A DNA stretch of 64,000 nt from assembly GCA_905210485.1 (NCBI GenBank), contig CAJLXA010000002.1, forward strand, positions 4,168 to 68,167, given 5' to 3'. This document shows positions 20,391 through 30,478 of this stretch, piece after piece. This DNA is from an uncultured Eubacteriales bacterium. Its GTDB lineage: Bacteria; Bacillota; Clostridia; Oscillospirales; CAG-272. Position numbers and translations under genes: made by a program. The notes beneath the pieces were generated by a model. The model was not told where the DNA came from and did not search any database. It saw nothing but the letters and a program-made list of their open reading frames with translations. Position 1 is the first letter of the stretch; every line of letters starts with the position of its first letter.

Positions 20391-20723
20391 TTAAATCTCC
20401 GCGCCGCACTTAGCGCAAACGCGAACTTTTACCGTTTTTCCGTTCTTATCGGTCACAACCTTGACCTTGGTACGGCGGCCGGCGTTGCAAGCGGAGCAGA
20501 ACAGCTGAACCTTGGACGCATAAAGCGCGCCTTCGGTCTTCACGATCTGGCTTACTTCGCCCTGACGGCGAGCCTTCTGATGTTTGGAGACGATATTGGC
20601 GCCCTCAACCATTACTTTGCCTTCGGCGGGGGATACGGCAAGAACCTTGCCTTTAACACCCTTGCTTTCGCCGGAGATAACGACGACAACGTCGTCTTTC
20701 TTAATATGAAGTTTTTTCATCAT
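20391..20723 (-). CDS. rplX: 50S ribosomal protein L24 (uL24) with four C-terminal cysteines
   Basis: KOW motif [19 protein letters not shown]-terminal CSAC...CAKC. Confidence 0.95.
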   Translation of the reverse strand: MMKKLHIKKDDVVVVISGESKGVKGKVLAVSPAEGKVMVEGANIVSKHQKARRQGEVSQIVKTEGALYASKVQLFCSACNAGRRTKVKVVTDKNGKTVKVRVCAKCGAEI

Positions 20724-20735
20724 TCATTACCTCCG

Positions 20736-21104
20736 TTAAAGAACTTCGGGAGCAAGCGAAAGAATCTTGGTAAAGTCCTTGTCGCGGAGCTCACGAGCCA
20801 CAGGCCCAAAGATACGGGTACCTTTCGGGGTGTTGTCGTCTTTGATAATAACGGCTGCATTTTCATCAAACTTGATGTAGGAGCCGTCTGCACGGCGAAG
20901 ACCGAACACGCTTCTTACGATAACGGCCTTCACAACGTCACCTTTCTTAACTACGCCGCCGGTGGCTGCTTTTTTCACGCAGGCAACGACAACGTCGCCG
21001 ATGTTGGCGTATCGACGGCCGGAGCCACCGAGAACGCGGATACACATCAGCTCTTTTGCGCCGGTATTGTCGGCGACTTTCATTAAAGTCTGCTGCTGAA
21101 TCAC
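20736..21104 (-). CDS. rplN: 50S ribosomal protein L14 (uL14)
   Basis: [27 protein letters not shown]. Confidence 0.95.
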   Translation of the reverse strand: MIQQQTLMKVADNTGAKELMCIRVLGGSGRRYANIGDVVVACVKKAATGGVVKKGDVVKAVIVRSVFGLRRADGSYIKFDENAAVIIKDDNTPKGTRIFGPVARELRDKDFTKILSLAPEVL

Positions 21105-21158
21105 TTTGATTTCCTCCTGATTTCGGCAAGCGTTTGACCTGCCTACTCGAATTTGTGA

Positions 21159-21416
21159 TTATTTTGCTTTCTCGATGATCTCAACGAGACGCCATCTCTT
21201 GGTTTTGGAGAGCGGGCGGGTTTCCATGACGGAAACCTTGTCGCCGATGCCGCACTCGTTCTTTTCGTCGTGTGCATGAAGTTTCAGAGTATGCTTCATG
21301 GTTTTTCCGTATTTCGGATGACGAACATAGTCTTCGATAGCGACAACAATGGTCTTGTCCATTTTGTTGCTGACTACCTTGCCGACTCTTACTTTTCTGA
21401 GGTTTCTGTTTTCCAT
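21159..21416 (-). CDS. rpsQ: 30S ribosomal protein S17 (uS17)
   Basis: [32 protein letters not shown]. Confidence 0.95.
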   Translation of the reverse strand: MENRNLRKVRVGKVVSNKMDKTIVVAIEDYVRHPKYGKTMKHTLKLHAHDEKNECGIGDKVSVMETRPLSKTKRWRLVEIIEKAK

Positions 21417-21430
21417 TGCTATTTACCTCC

Positions 21431-21619
21431 TTATGCGTTCTTCTCGCGGAGAACCGTCATTACGCGGGCGATGTCATGCTTAACGTCCGTAATCTTGTGC
21501 GGATTATCAAGCTGGTTGATCGCATGCTGGAAACGAAGGTTAAAAAGCTCGGTTTTCAGCTCGGACAGCTTCTTTTCGAGCTGTTCGGCAGTCATTTCTC
21601 TGAGTTCTGTTGCTTTCAC
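21431..21619 (-). CDS. rpmC: 50S ribosomal protein L29 (uL29)
   Basis: MKATELREMTAEQLEKKLSELKTELFNLRFQ. Confidence 0.95.
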   Translation of the reverse strand: MKATELREMTAEQLEKKLSELKTELFNLRFQHAINQLDNPHKITDVKHDIARVMTVLREKNA

Positions 21620-21622
21620 GGC

Positions 21623-22051
21623 TTAACCCTCCACAATTTCCTTGTCTTCGCGGGTAACAAACTTCGTTTTGATCGGGAGTTTGTGGCCTGCAAGACGCAT
21701 AGCTTCTTTCGCGATATCTTCGCTTACGCCGTCCATTTCAAAGAGCACACGGCCGGGTTTTACCACGGCTACCCAGTACTCGGGCGAGCCTTTACCGGAA
21801 CCCATTCGCGTATCGGCAGGCTTTTCAGTGATCGGCTTGTCAGGGAAAATTTTGATCCAGACCTGACCGCCACGTTTGATATAACGTGTCATAGCGATAC
21901 GGGCAGCCTCAATCTGGTTGCTGGTGATCCAGGCGGGTTCGAGGGCGACGAGACCGTAAAGGCCGTTCGACACCTTGTTGCCGCGCATGGCTTTACCTTT
22001 CATTCTACCGCGCTGAACGCGACGGTATTTTACTCTCTTCGGCATTAACAT
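21623..22051 (-). CDS. rplP: 50S ribosomal protein L16 (uL16)
   Basis: [21 protein letters not shown]. Confidence 0.95.
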   Translation of the reverse strand: MLMPKRVKYRRVQRGRMKGKAMRGNKVSNGLYGLVALEPAWITSNQIEAARIAMTRYIKRGGQVWIKIFPDKPITEKPADTRMGSGKGSPEYWVAVVKPGRVLFEMDGVSEDIAKEAMRLAGHKLPIKTKFVTREDKEIVEG

Positions 22052-22818
22052 TATCGGTTGCCCTCCTCTTTCATAGGTCTGCGAGCAGCACCGTCACGGC
22101 GGAAACCTCTGTTATCGCCGTTGCGACGATTGTTGTCGTTGCGGCGGGGGCGGCGTTCGGTTCTTTCGCGGGGAGCGGCGTTGCCGTTGTCCGCAAGAAC
22201 TTCGCCCTTGTAGATCCACACTTTGATACCGATTTTACCGTAAGTGGTATTGGCTTCAAAGAAACCGTAGTCGATGTCGGCACGGAGAGTCTGAAGCGGA
22301 ATGGTACCTTCATGATAGTGTTCGGTGCGTGCGATTTCGGCGCCGCCGAGACGACCGCCGCAGGAAATCTTGATACCCTTTGCGCCGAGACGCATGGTTC
22401 TGCCGATCGCCTGCTTCATAGCACGACGGAAACCGATTCTTCTTTCAAGCTGAGAGGCAATGCTCTCGGCAACGAGCTGTGCGTTGAGGTCGGGATTCTT
22501 GATCTCGACAACGTTCACGATAACGGGTTTGTTGACCATAGCTTCCAGTTCGACTTTCAGCTTTTCGATGTCCTCGCCCTTTTTACCGATAACCATGCCC
22601 GGTTTAGCGCAGTGAACGAATACGCGAACGCGCGTTCTGTCGCGTTCGATTTCGATTTTAGGAACGCCGGCCGCCTGGAGTTTCTTCTTCAGATATTTTC
22701 TGATGTTGTAATCGGAAACGAGAGTATCGCCGAATTTTTCGTCGCTCTCGAACCATCTGGAGTCCCAGTTTTTAATAACGCCGACGCGCAGGCCGTGGGG
22801 ATTGACTTTCTGTCCCAT
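22051..22818 (-). CDS. rpsC: 30S ribosomal protein S3 (uS3) with R/N-rich C-terminal tail
   Basis: [23 protein letters not shown]. Confidence 0.95.
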   Translation of the reverse strand: MGQKVNPHGLRVGVIKNWDSRWFESDEKFGDTLVSDYNIRKYLKKKLQAAGVPKIEIERDRTRVRVFVHCAKPGMVIGKKGEDIEKLKVELEAMVNKPVIVNVVEIKNPDLNAQLVAESIASQLERRIGFRRAMKQAIGRTMRLGAKGIKISCGGRLGGAEIARTEHYHEGTIPLQTLRADIDYGFFEANTTYGKIGIKVWIYKGEVLADNGNAAPRERTERRPRRNDNNRRNGDNRGFRRDGAARRPMKEEGNR

Positions 22819-23168
22819 TATTTAACAGCCTCCTTCGTTTTTTCTTTTACCACCAGCGTAACGTGGCTGGTTCTTTTCAGAATACTGTACGCTCTGCCCT
22901 GTGCGCGCGGCATAACTCTCTTAAGAGTCGGGCCGGGGCATACAAAGCACTCGGAAACGTAAAGATTCGAGGCGTCCATTCTGAAGTTGTTCTCCGCATT
23001 GGCAACAGCGCTCTTCAGAAGTTTCACAAGGTACTCGGAGGCACTCTTGTTCGTGTTCTTCAGAATCGCCATTGCGGTATCCGTGTCTTTGCCGCGGATA
23101 AGGTCGAGAACGATTTTGACTTTGCGCGGAGAAATTCTTATATATTTAAGATGTGCTTTGGCTTCCAT
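22818..23168 (-). CDS. rplV: 50S ribosomal protein L22 (uL22)
   Basis: [26 protein letters not shown]. Confidence 0.95.
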   Translation of the reverse strand: MEAKAHLKYIRISPRKVKIVLDLIRGKDTDTAMAILKNTNKSASEYLVKLLKSAVANAENNFRMDASNLYVSECFVCPGPTLKRVMPRAQGRAYSILKRTSHVTLVVKEKTKEAVK

Positions 23169-23182
23169 TGAATCTCTCCTCC

Positions 23183-23464
23183 TTAGTTACCGTTATTGGA
23201 AGTTTTGCTTCCGGCATGACCTTTGAAGGTACGCGTGGGAGCAAATTCACCCAGCTTACGACCGACCATGTCCTCAACGATATATACCGGCACGTGTTTT
23301 CTGCCGTCGTGAACGGCGATGGTATGACCGACGAATTCAGGATAAATGGTGGACGCACGAGACCAGGTCTTCAAAACTTTCTTTTCGCCCTTTTCGTTCA
23401 TGGCAACCACTCTGTCATAGAGTTTCTGCTCAACGTAGGGAGCTTTCTTACTGCTTCTGCTCAT
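23183..23464 (-). CDS. rpsS: 30S ribosomal protein S19 (uS19)
   Basis: [15 protein letters not shown]...[17 protein letters not shown]. Confidence 0.95.
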   Translation of the reverse strand: MSRSSKKAPYVEQKLYDRVVAMNEKGEKKVLKTWSRASTIYPEFVGHTIAVHDGRKHVPVYIVEDMVGRKLGEFAPTRTFKGHAGSKTSNNGN

Positions 23465-23489
23465 TTCTATCTCCTTTTCTCACACGCCA

Positions 23490-24320
23490 TTACTTCGCAT
23501 TTCTGCGTTTGACGATGAACTTGTTCGTACGTGCTTTCTTGTTTCTCGTCTTGTAACCGAGAGCAGGTTTACCCCAAGGAGTAACCGGTCCGGGGTGACC
23601 GACGGGAGCACGACCTTCACCACCGCCGTGAGGGTGGTCGCAGGGGTTCATAACCGAACCGCGAACAGTAGGACGGATGCCCATGTGACGCTTTTTACCG
23701 GCCTTACCAATCTTGATGGTATCATGCTCGATGTTACCGATCTGACCGATGGTGGCCTTGCAGTCCAGACGGACGATACGGACTTCGCCGGAAGGCAGTC
23801 TTACCTGAGCCTGGCCGTTTTCTTTGGCCATCAGCTGAGCGGCAGCGCCCGCGGAGCGGACAAGCTGAGCGCCCTTGCCGGGATAAAGTTCAATGTTGTG
23901 AATAATGGTACCAACGGGAATGTTGGCGATCGGAAGCGTGTTGCCGGGTTTGATATCGGCATCGGCACCGGCATAAAGCACGTCGCCGTCGGTCACGCCC
24001 GCAGGAGCCAGAACATAGCTCTTGTCACCCTTTTCGTTCTGAAGAAGAGCGATATATGCGGTTCTGTTCGGGTCGTATTCAACGCCGATGACGGTTGCCG
24101 GAGTTTCATCCTGACGCTTCCAGTCGATAATTCTGTATTTGACTTTGTTGCCGCCGCCCTGATGACGAACGGTGATCTTGCCGTAGCTGTTACGGCCGGC
24201 ATGTTTTTTCTTGATGACGATAAGGCTCGCTTCGGGGGTCTTCTTCGTTACTTCGTCGAACGAAGGAGAAACCATGCCTCTGCGGCTCGGAGTCGTCGGT
24301 TTAAATTTCATGGTAGGCAT
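23490..24320 (-). CDS. rplB: 50S ribosomal protein L2 (uL2)
   Basis: 276-aa uL2 ([29 protein letters not shown]). Confidence 0.95.
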   Translation of the reverse strand: MPTMKFKPTTPSRRGMVSPSFDEVTKKTPEASLIVIKKKHAGRNSYGKITVRHQGGGNKVKYRIIDWKRQDETPATVIGVEYDPNRTAYIALLQNEKGDKSYVLAPAGVTDGDVLYAGADADIKPGNTLPIANIPVGTIIHNIELYPGKGAQLVRSAGAAAQLMAKENGQAQVRLPSGEVRIVRLDCKATIGQIGNIEHDTIKIGKAGKKRHMGIRPTVRGSVMNPCDHPHGGGEGRAPVGHPGPVTPWGKPALGYKTRNKKARTNKFIVKRRNAK

Positions 24321-24339
24321 TCTACATTATCCTCCCGGC

Positions 24340-24630
24340 TTAGTTCAAGCTGTCGAAGAACGGAATCGTCTTGGAATCCTTCGTGAGGTCGACGATGGCT
24401 TTCTTCCACGCGCTGGTGACACCGGCATGAACGCCGAGTCTCTTGGGTTTCTCGCTGACGTTGATAATGCGTACGCAAGCGACTTTGACGCCGAACATTT
24501 CTTCAACCGCTGCGGCGACATCGGGTTTGGTTGCGCTCTTCGCCACTTTGAATACATAGCGCTTCGACTGAAGCATATCCATGGACTTCTCAGTGATGAT
24601 AGGCTTTATAATGATATCTGCTGCCTTCAT
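24340..24630 (-). CDS. rplW: 50S ribosomal protein L23 (uL23)
   Basis: DIIIKPIITEKSMDMLQSKRYVFKV. Confidence 0.95.
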   Translation of the reverse strand: MKAADIIIKPIITEKSMDMLQSKRYVFKVAKSATKPDVAAAVEEMFGVKVACVRIINVSEKPKRLGVHAGVTSAWKKAIVDLTKDSKTIPFFDSLN

Positions 24631-25253
24631 TTCGCGTAAACCTCCTCGATTTTCTTAACCGCATCTTCCGCGACGACGAACTTATCGCAGTTCAGAACGT
24701 CGTAGGTGTTGATGGCGTTATAAACGGTCGTCTTGACGCCGGGAATGTTCGCGCAGCTCTTGATGAGCTTCTCGTCGGAAGCGGGAAGAACGATCAGGGT
24801 CTTCTTGCCTGCGCCGAGAGCGGCGAGCATCGCCGTCATGTTTTTCGTCTTATATTCGGCAGTTTCGATCTTGTCGACAACCACCATTTCGTTTTCCGCA
24901 ACCTTGGAGGACAGCGCTCCGAACAGAGCGGCTCTCTTCACTTTCTTATTGAGGGAAACGCGATAGCTACGCGGCTTGGGGCCGAGGGCTACACCGCCGT
25001 GCGTCCACTGAGGAGCGCGGGTCGAACCCTGTCTTGCTCTGCCGGTGCCTTTCTGCTTCCAGGGCTTCTTGCCGCCGCCCGATACTTCGGTACGGGTCAG
25101 CGTGGACTGTGTGCCCTGTCTTTGATTGAGCAGGTATGCTCTTACAGCGGTGTGGAGGACTGCGGCGTTGACTTCTGCGCCGAATACTACATCGGAAAGT
25201 TCGATCGTGCCGACTTCCTTACCCGCCATGTTAACGACTTTCAAACTTGGCAT
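24627..25253 (-). CDS. rplD: 50S ribosomal protein L4 (uL4)
   Basis: 208-aa uL4 (SGGGKKPWKQKGTGRARQGS). Confidence 0.95.
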   Translation of the reverse strand: MPSLKVVNMAGKEVGTIELSDVVFGAEVNAAVLHTAVRAYLLNQRQGTQSTLTRTEVSGGGKKPWKQKGTGRARQGSTRAPQWTHGGVALGPKPRSYRVSLNKKVKRAALFGALSSKVAENEMVVVDKIETAEYKTKNMTAMLAALGAGKKTLIVLPASDEKLIKSCANIPGVKTTVYNAINTYDVLNCDKFVVAEDAVKKIEEVYAK

Positions 25254-25271
25254 TGTTGTTTCCTCCTTCCG

Positions 25272-25904
25272 TTATGCTTTCACAGAATCGCGGATAAAGA
25301 CGATTCCGCCTTTGGCACCGGGAACGGCGCCCTTGACCGCGATCAGATTCTTTTCTGCGTCGATTTTGGCAACGGCGAGATTCAGGATCGTAACCTGCTC
25401 GTTACCGTACTGTCCGGCCATCTTCTTGTTCTTATAGATGCGGGACGGTGTGGAGTTTGCGCCCATGGAACCGGGCTGACGATGGATCGGGCCCGTGCCG
25501 TGCGTCATACGAAGAATGTGGTGACCCCAACGTTTGACCGAACCGGTGAAGCCGTGACCTTTGCTGGTTCCCGTAATGTCGACCTTCTCGCCTGCGGCGA
25601 AGGTATCGACGGTAACCATGTCACCGACATTCAGTGCGGAGCAGTCCGAAAGACGGAATTCCTTAAGATATCTCTTGGGAGTCACGCCGGCTTTCTTGAA
25701 ATGACCGAGCTGCGCTTTGTTCTGATGCTTTTCTTTGTCATCGCGGAAAGCGAGCTGAACTGCATCATAGCCGTCGTTTTCGACGGTTTTCTTCTGCGAT
25801 ACCGCGCAAGGGCCTGCTTCAATCAGGGTTACGGGAATCACATTGCCGACTTCATCGAAAATCTGGGTCATGCCCAGTTTTCTTCCGATAATGCCTTTTT
25901 TCAT
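25272..25904 (-). CDS. rplC: 50S ribosomal protein L3 (uL3)
   Basis: MKKGIIGRKLGMTQIFD. GGAGG lies 6 nt before the ATG at 25904. The ORF-track TTG start at 25916 sits inside that RBS. Confidence 0.95.
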   Translation of the reverse strand: MKKGIIGRKLGMTQIFDEVGNVIPVTLIEAGPCAVSQKKTVENDGYDAVQLAFRDDKEKHQNKAQLGHFKKAGVTPKRYLKEFRLSDCSALNVGDMVTVDTFAAGEKVDITGTSKGHGFTGSVKRWGHHILRMTHGTGPIHRQPGSMGANSTPSRIYKNKKMAGQYGNEQVTILNLAVAKIDAEKNLIAVKGAVPGAKGGIVFIRDSVKA

Positions 25905-26007
25905 ATTTTCCTCCAAACGGTTATTGGTTGGTATTTTAGATTATCGGGCTTCCCCGGTGATACCAACTTGACCACTGGTGTGGTGCGATAATAAATTAAA
26001 GGTAAGA

Positions 26008-26316
26008 TCAGGCCTTGACTTCGATTTCAACGCCTGCGGGAAGTTCAACATTCATGAGATCGTTGATGGTCTTTGCCTGCGGTTTCATGATGTCGATCAG
26101 TCTCTTGTGCGTACGCGTTTCAAACTGTTCGCGGCTGTCTTTATACTTATGAACAGCGCGAAGGATTGTCACGATCTCTCTTTCGGTCGGGAGCGGAATA
26201 GGACCCGAAACCTTGCTGCCGTTTCTCGTAGCGATCTCCACAACCTTTGCGGCGGCGGCGTCAACGAGAGTGTGATCGTAGCTCTTGAGTCTGACTCTGA
26301 TTTTTTCGCTTGCCAT
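26008..26316 (-). CDS. rpsJ: 30S ribosomal protein S10 (uS10)
   Basis: [19 protein letters not shown]. First gene of the cluster. Confidence 0.95.
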   Translation of the reverse strand: MASEKIRVRLKSYDHTLVDAAAAKVVEIATRNGSKVSGPIPLPTEREIVTILRAVHKYKDSREQFETRTHKRLIDIMKPQAKTINDLMNVELPAGVEIEVKA

Positions 26317-26572
26317 GTTTTTTGCCTCCTGTTATATTTTTGCTCTTTCAAGGGGGCGGTTTTGGTTTCACACGCTGTCGCGCGTTTCTTTCCGTGTCAT
26401 CTAAAAACCCGAATCCCTGTCCCTCGCGGGAACCGAATTCAGGTACAGACTTCGGCGTGTGTCTTTTGCTTATCGGCAAAAGAGGAAACCGTCGCTTCGC
26501 CCATTTTCGGACATGCTCCACGAAAATTCCCCGCATATCTGCGGCAACCTCTCGCTTCTTCGCACATCAAGC
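26317..26572 (-). promoter_or_regulatory. ~256-nt GC-rich, hairpin-rich 5' leader of the S10-spc-alpha cluster
   Basis: Lies between the predicted TSS (~26572) and the rpsJ ATG. Local hairpins include CCGCA-GATA-TGCGG and CTTTTGC-CGATAA-GCAAAAG. A long-range complement pairs CACACGC (26369-26375) with GCGTGTG (26455-26461). Confidence 0.5.
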
Positions 26573-26578
26573 CTTTTT

Positions 26579-26607
26579 ATTATATCGTACTTTATATCAA
26601 AATGCAA
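26579..26607 (-). promoter_or_regulatory. sigma-A promoter of the S10-spc-alpha cluster
   Basis: On the minus strand: TTGCAT (26602-26607), 17 nt, TATAAT (26579-26584), in an AT-rich upstream region. Confidence 0.7.
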
Positions 26608-26968
26608 GGAATTTTTTACATTTTGACACTCCTCATATGTAGAAATTTTTAAAATATTTTTGATATTTTTTGTTCAATTTGAACAATTTTCATTGTTTTT
26701 GAAGATATGGAAAGTGATTTTTCATTTGATTTATCGTTTTTTGCGTAGGATTTCACCATTTTTTCCTCTTTTTTCATGAAGAACCGGCGCATAAACGCGT
26801 TTGTTTTCACTTTGTTCATATTTCAAAACCGTTTTCGTTGTATAATACAAGAAGGCGATTGCGGGAATCCGAAGTTTCCCTTTTGTATCGTTCTCGCCCC
26901 GCCGGCCGTTATTTCCGGCTGTCTATATAATATAAAGGAAGGTTTTCCTCGCGGAAAAGTGGTAATCC

Positions 26969-27787
26969 ATGTTCTCTTCACATTCTGAAAAACGCAATAC
27001 AAACCGTATGGCCATATGCGGAGCCGCCGCCGTCGGCTTTTTTCTTGTTCTGTTCGGCAGTTTTTTTCTTCTGTTCCGTTACGATGCTCCCGTTGCGCAT
27101 TTCACGGGGCGCTATGATAAATATCTGATGATGGCGGCCTATATCGGCGCGGCGATTCTGACGGCCTGTATGGCGCGCGGAGTCCGCGTCTCCGAAGAAC
27201 CGACCTTTCCGAAAAACAAATCGGTTCGCATAACCGCCTGTATTGCCGCTCTCTTTCTTCTCGTATTCGGCGTTTCCGTTCTTTTCTATCGCGGGACAGG
27301 ACTTGCTCTTTTTTTCTCGTTTCTGGTCTTTATCGCTGCCGTGGCCACCGCCGGCGTTATGCTGTACACAACCTTCCTCCCGACCGCACCGATAACGCTC
27401 GGTTATATCCGCGACGCGGCGACTGCGCTGACTTTACTGTTTTATGCCATGCTTCTCTATTTCGACGTATCCGAGGCCATGAATACGCCGTATAAACTCT
27501 ATACCCAACTTTCGTTCATTCTTCTTGCATTATATTTTCTTGCGGAATGTCGCATGCAGGCCGCCGAGAAACGCCCCCGATTGCGTTTCTTCATCTCCGT
27601 TTTTTCGGTTTCTTCCGCGCTTTCCGTGGCCATTCCCTCGCTTCTCTGCCCGCTTCTGCACGGCAGTTTCACAGCGCACAACCCCATCACCGCACTGACG
27701 CTTCTTGCCTTTGCCGCCTACTGCACCGCACGCCTGATCGCATTCTGCGCCTCGGATATTCCGGAAGAAAGTGAGCCAAATTCATGA
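26969..27787 (+). CDS. hypothetical multi-pass membrane protein, translationally coupled to polA
   Basis: 272 aa with about 7 hydrophobic segments. Its stop overlaps the polA ATG (ATGA, 27784-27787). Weak RBS. Confidence 0.6.
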   Translation: MFSSHSEKRNTNRMAICGAAAVGFFLVLFGSFFLLFRYDAPVAHFTGRYDKYLMMAAYIGAAILTACMARGVRVSEEPTFPKNKSVRITACIAALFLLVFGVSVLFYRGTGLALFFSFLVFIAAVATAGVMLYTTFLPTAPITLGYIRDAATALTLLFYAMLLYFDVSEAMNTPYKLYTQLSFILLALYFLAECRMQAAEKRPRLRFFISVFSVSSALSVAIPSLLCPLLHGSFTAHNPITALTLLAFAAYCTARLIAFCASDIPEESEPNS

Positions 27788-30312
27788 AAAACATTCTCGT
27801 TATTGACGGCAACAGCATTATCAATCGTGCTTTTTACGGTATCCGCCCCCTCACTACGCGTGACGGGCGAAACACCAATGCCCTTTACGGCATGCTTCAG
27901 ATCATCGGCCGTCAGCTCGACGCCGTAAAACCCGATTATGCCGCCGTTGCCTTTGATCTGAAAGTACCAAACTTCCGCAAAAAAGCCTATGACGCTTATA
28001 AAGCCGGCCGACGTCCGACGCCGCCCGAACTTCTTGAACAATTTCCCTATGCAAAAGAATGTCTCACGGCGCTGGGCCTGTCCATTCTGGAACTCCCCGG
28101 ATATGAAGCCGACGATCTTCTCGGCACGGTGGCGGAACTTGCCAATATAGAAGACGATGTTCATGCCTATGTCCTTTCCGGCGACCGCGACCTGTTTCAG
28201 TTAATCACCGACAAAGTGACCGTACTGTATGCCGGCAATACCGATACCCTGCCGTACGACCGTCACGCGTTCCGCGAAAAATACGGCATTGAGCCGGCGC
28301 AATTTGTGGATATGAAAGCCATTATGGGAGACACGTCGGATAACATTCCCGGCGTTCCCGGCATCGGTGAAAAAGGCGCGCAAAAACTGATTGCCGAATT
28401 CGGCGATCTCGACGCCGTATATGCCCATACCGATTCCCCCACCATCACAAAAGGCGTTCGGGAAAAACTCATCGCCGGAAAGGACAGCGCTTATCTTTCC
28501 CGTTTTCTTGCCCGGATCGAAGTGCACGCCCCCCTTGGGAAAACGCTGTCCGAACTGGCCTATACCGGCGCAAAAGACAACGCGGAACTTCTCCGTATTC
28601 TGCGTCATTATGAATTGTCCGCTCTCATCAAACGCTGGCGTCTCGAAGAAGCGCCTGCCGCCGATACCATAGACGCATCTCCCGCCGTCACGGAAATCGC
28701 CGATCCCGCCGCGCTTCATACGCTTCTCGGCAATACCTATGCCGTCGCCATAGCGGACGGCGCGCTCCTGTTTGCAACAAAAACCGATGTCCTTTGCCGT
28801 TACAACGGCAACATTTCCGCTCTGACGCCGCTGTTCACAACCGACAAAACCATCGTAACATACGACGGAAAAGCGCTGCTTCATTTTCTTTACAACAACG
28901 GCTTGTCCCCCGACTTCATACCGCAGGATCTTATGCTGTACGCCTACGTGGACAATGCGCAGAACGGAGCCGACTCTCCCGAAGCGCTGGCCTCCGCACT
29001 GCTTTCCGTAACAGCGCCGGCCGGAACGGCCGCCGTCGGTTACTATCTCCATATGTACGACATTCTGAAAGAAAAAATTGCCGCCATTCATGCGGAAGAT
29101 CTTCTTTATCAGATTGAACTGCCGCTCTCACCGCTTCTTTGCCGCATGGAAAGAAAAGGCTTTCGCGTAGACGGCGCAGGACTGCATCTTTTCGGAGAAA
29201 AACTCCGCGAAGAAATGACGCTTGCTGAAGACCGCATTTATGCCATGGCGGGCGGCACATTCAATCTGAATTCGCCGAAACAACTCGGCGAGATCCTGTT
29301 TGTACGTTTGGGACTACCGGCCAAGAAAAAGACAAAAAGCGGTTATTCCACCGGCGCCGACATTCTCAATGCCCTGCGCCCGTATCACCCCATCATCGGT
29401 GAGATTCTGGATTACAGACAACTATCCAAACTTTATTCCACCTACGTGATAGGTCTTACGAAAGCAACCGATAAAGACGGACGTATTCATACGGACTTCA
29501 AGCAGGCGCTGACCGCCACAGGGCGTCTTTCCTCCGCGGAACCCAACCTCCAGAATATACCGATCCGTACGCCCCTCGGCCGGGAAATGCGCCGTTACTT
29601 CGTAGCCGAAAACGAAAACTATGTGTTATGCGACGCGGATTATTCGCAGATAGAACTGCGCCTTTTGGCCGCTGTTTCCGGCGACGAAACCATGATCCGG
29701 GCCTTTCAGAACGGCGAAGATATTCACCGTCATACCGCCGCCACGGTGTTCGGTATTCCCGAAGCGGAAGTGCCGGACGATCTGCGTAAACGCGCCAAGG
29801 CCATCAACTTCGGTATTGTATACGGTATCGGCGGCTTCTCGCTGTCGGAAGATCTAGGCATCAGCGTTGCGGAAGCCAATCAGTATATCAAGGCTTATCT
29901 GGCAAGTTATCCGAAAGTGGACGCCTACCTGAAAGGGGTCGTCGAACAGGCTGAAAAGGACGGCTACACCACCACGCTGTACGGTCGGCGGCGCTACATC
30001 CCCGAACTTCACGCCTCGGCGTTTCAAACGCGCTCGTTCGGCAAACGCGTTGCCATGAACAGTCCGATTCAGGGAACGGCGGCGGACATTATGAAGATCG
30101 CCATGCTCCGCGTAGACAAACGTCTGCGTGCCGAAAAACTGGACGCGGGACTGGTAATGCAGGTGCACGACGAACTCATCGTTGAAGCGCACCGCAATTG
30201 CGCCGAACGCGTCTCCCTCATACTCCGCGAAGAAATGGAGGCGGCGGCAACGCTCGCCGTTCCGCTGACCGTTGAAGTGTCTGTCGGAGACAACTGGCTC
30301 TGCAAAGCATAA
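27784..30312 (+). CDS. polA: DNA polymerase I
   Basis: N-terminal 5'-nuclease (ILVIDGNSIINRAFYG). C-terminal family-A polymerase motifs (DYSQIELRLLA, RRRAKAINFGIVYG, QVHDELIVE). Confidence 0.95.
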   Translation: MKNILVIDGNSIINRAFYGIRPLTTRDGRNTNALYGMLQIIGRQLDAVKPDYAAVAFDLKVPNFRKKAYDAYKAGRRPTPPELLEQFPYAKECLTALGLSILELPGYEADDLLGTVAELANIEDDVHAYVLSGDRDLFQLITDKVTVLYAGNTDTLPYDRHAFREKYGIEPAQFVDMKAIMGDTSDNIPGVPGIGEKGAQKLIAEFGDLDAVYAHTDSPTITKGVREKLIAGKDSAYLSRFLARIEVHAPLGKTLSELAYTGAKDNAELLRILRHYELSALIKRWRLEEAPAADTIDASPAVTEIADPAALHTLLGNTYAVAIADGALLFATKTDVLCRYNGNISALTPLFTTDKTIVTYDGKALLHFLYNNGLSPDFIPQDLMLYAYVDNAQNGADSPEALASALLSVTAPAGTAAVGYYLHMYDILKEKIAAIHAEDLLYQIELPLSPLLCRMERKGFRVDGAGLHLFGEKLREEMTLAEDRIYAMAGGTFNLNSPKQLGEILFVRLGLPAKKKTKSGYSTGADILNALRPYHPIIGEILDYRQLSKLYSTYVIGLTKATDKDGRIHTDFKQALTATGRLSSAEPNLQNIPIRTPLGREMRRYFVAENENYVLCDADYSQIELRLLAAVSGDETMIRAFQNGEDIHRHTAATVFGIPEAEVPDDLRKRAKAINFGIVYGIGGFSLSEDLGISVAEANQYIKAYLASYPKVDAYLKGVVEQAEKDGYTTTLYGRRRYIPELHASAFQTRSFGKRVAMNSPIQGTAADIMKIAMLRVDKRLRAEKLDAGLVMQVHDELIVEAHRNCAERVSLILREEMEAAATLAVPLTVEVSVGDNWLCKA

Positions 30313-30387
30313 GCAACGTCGCCTATACAGAGTTAAAAAAGCAGTGAAAATGTAAATTGAATTTTACATTTCAAGGCAATATCAGAA

Positions 30388-30430
30388 TAAAGAAGCGCAT
30401 CGCTGTTCCGGCGGTGCGCTTCTTTATTAA
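30388..30430. terminator. bidirectional intrinsic terminator (polA / microprotein gene)
   Basis: AAGAAGCGCA / TGCGCTTCTT 10-bp stem flanked by A- and T-tracts. Preceded by an AT-rich hairpin AAATGTAAA-TTGAA-TTTACATTT at 30344-30368. Confidence 0.8.
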
Positions 30431-30478
30431 CGGGTTCTACTGCAAGGGAGAATCCCCTCTCCCCTCAGTGCTTTCATC

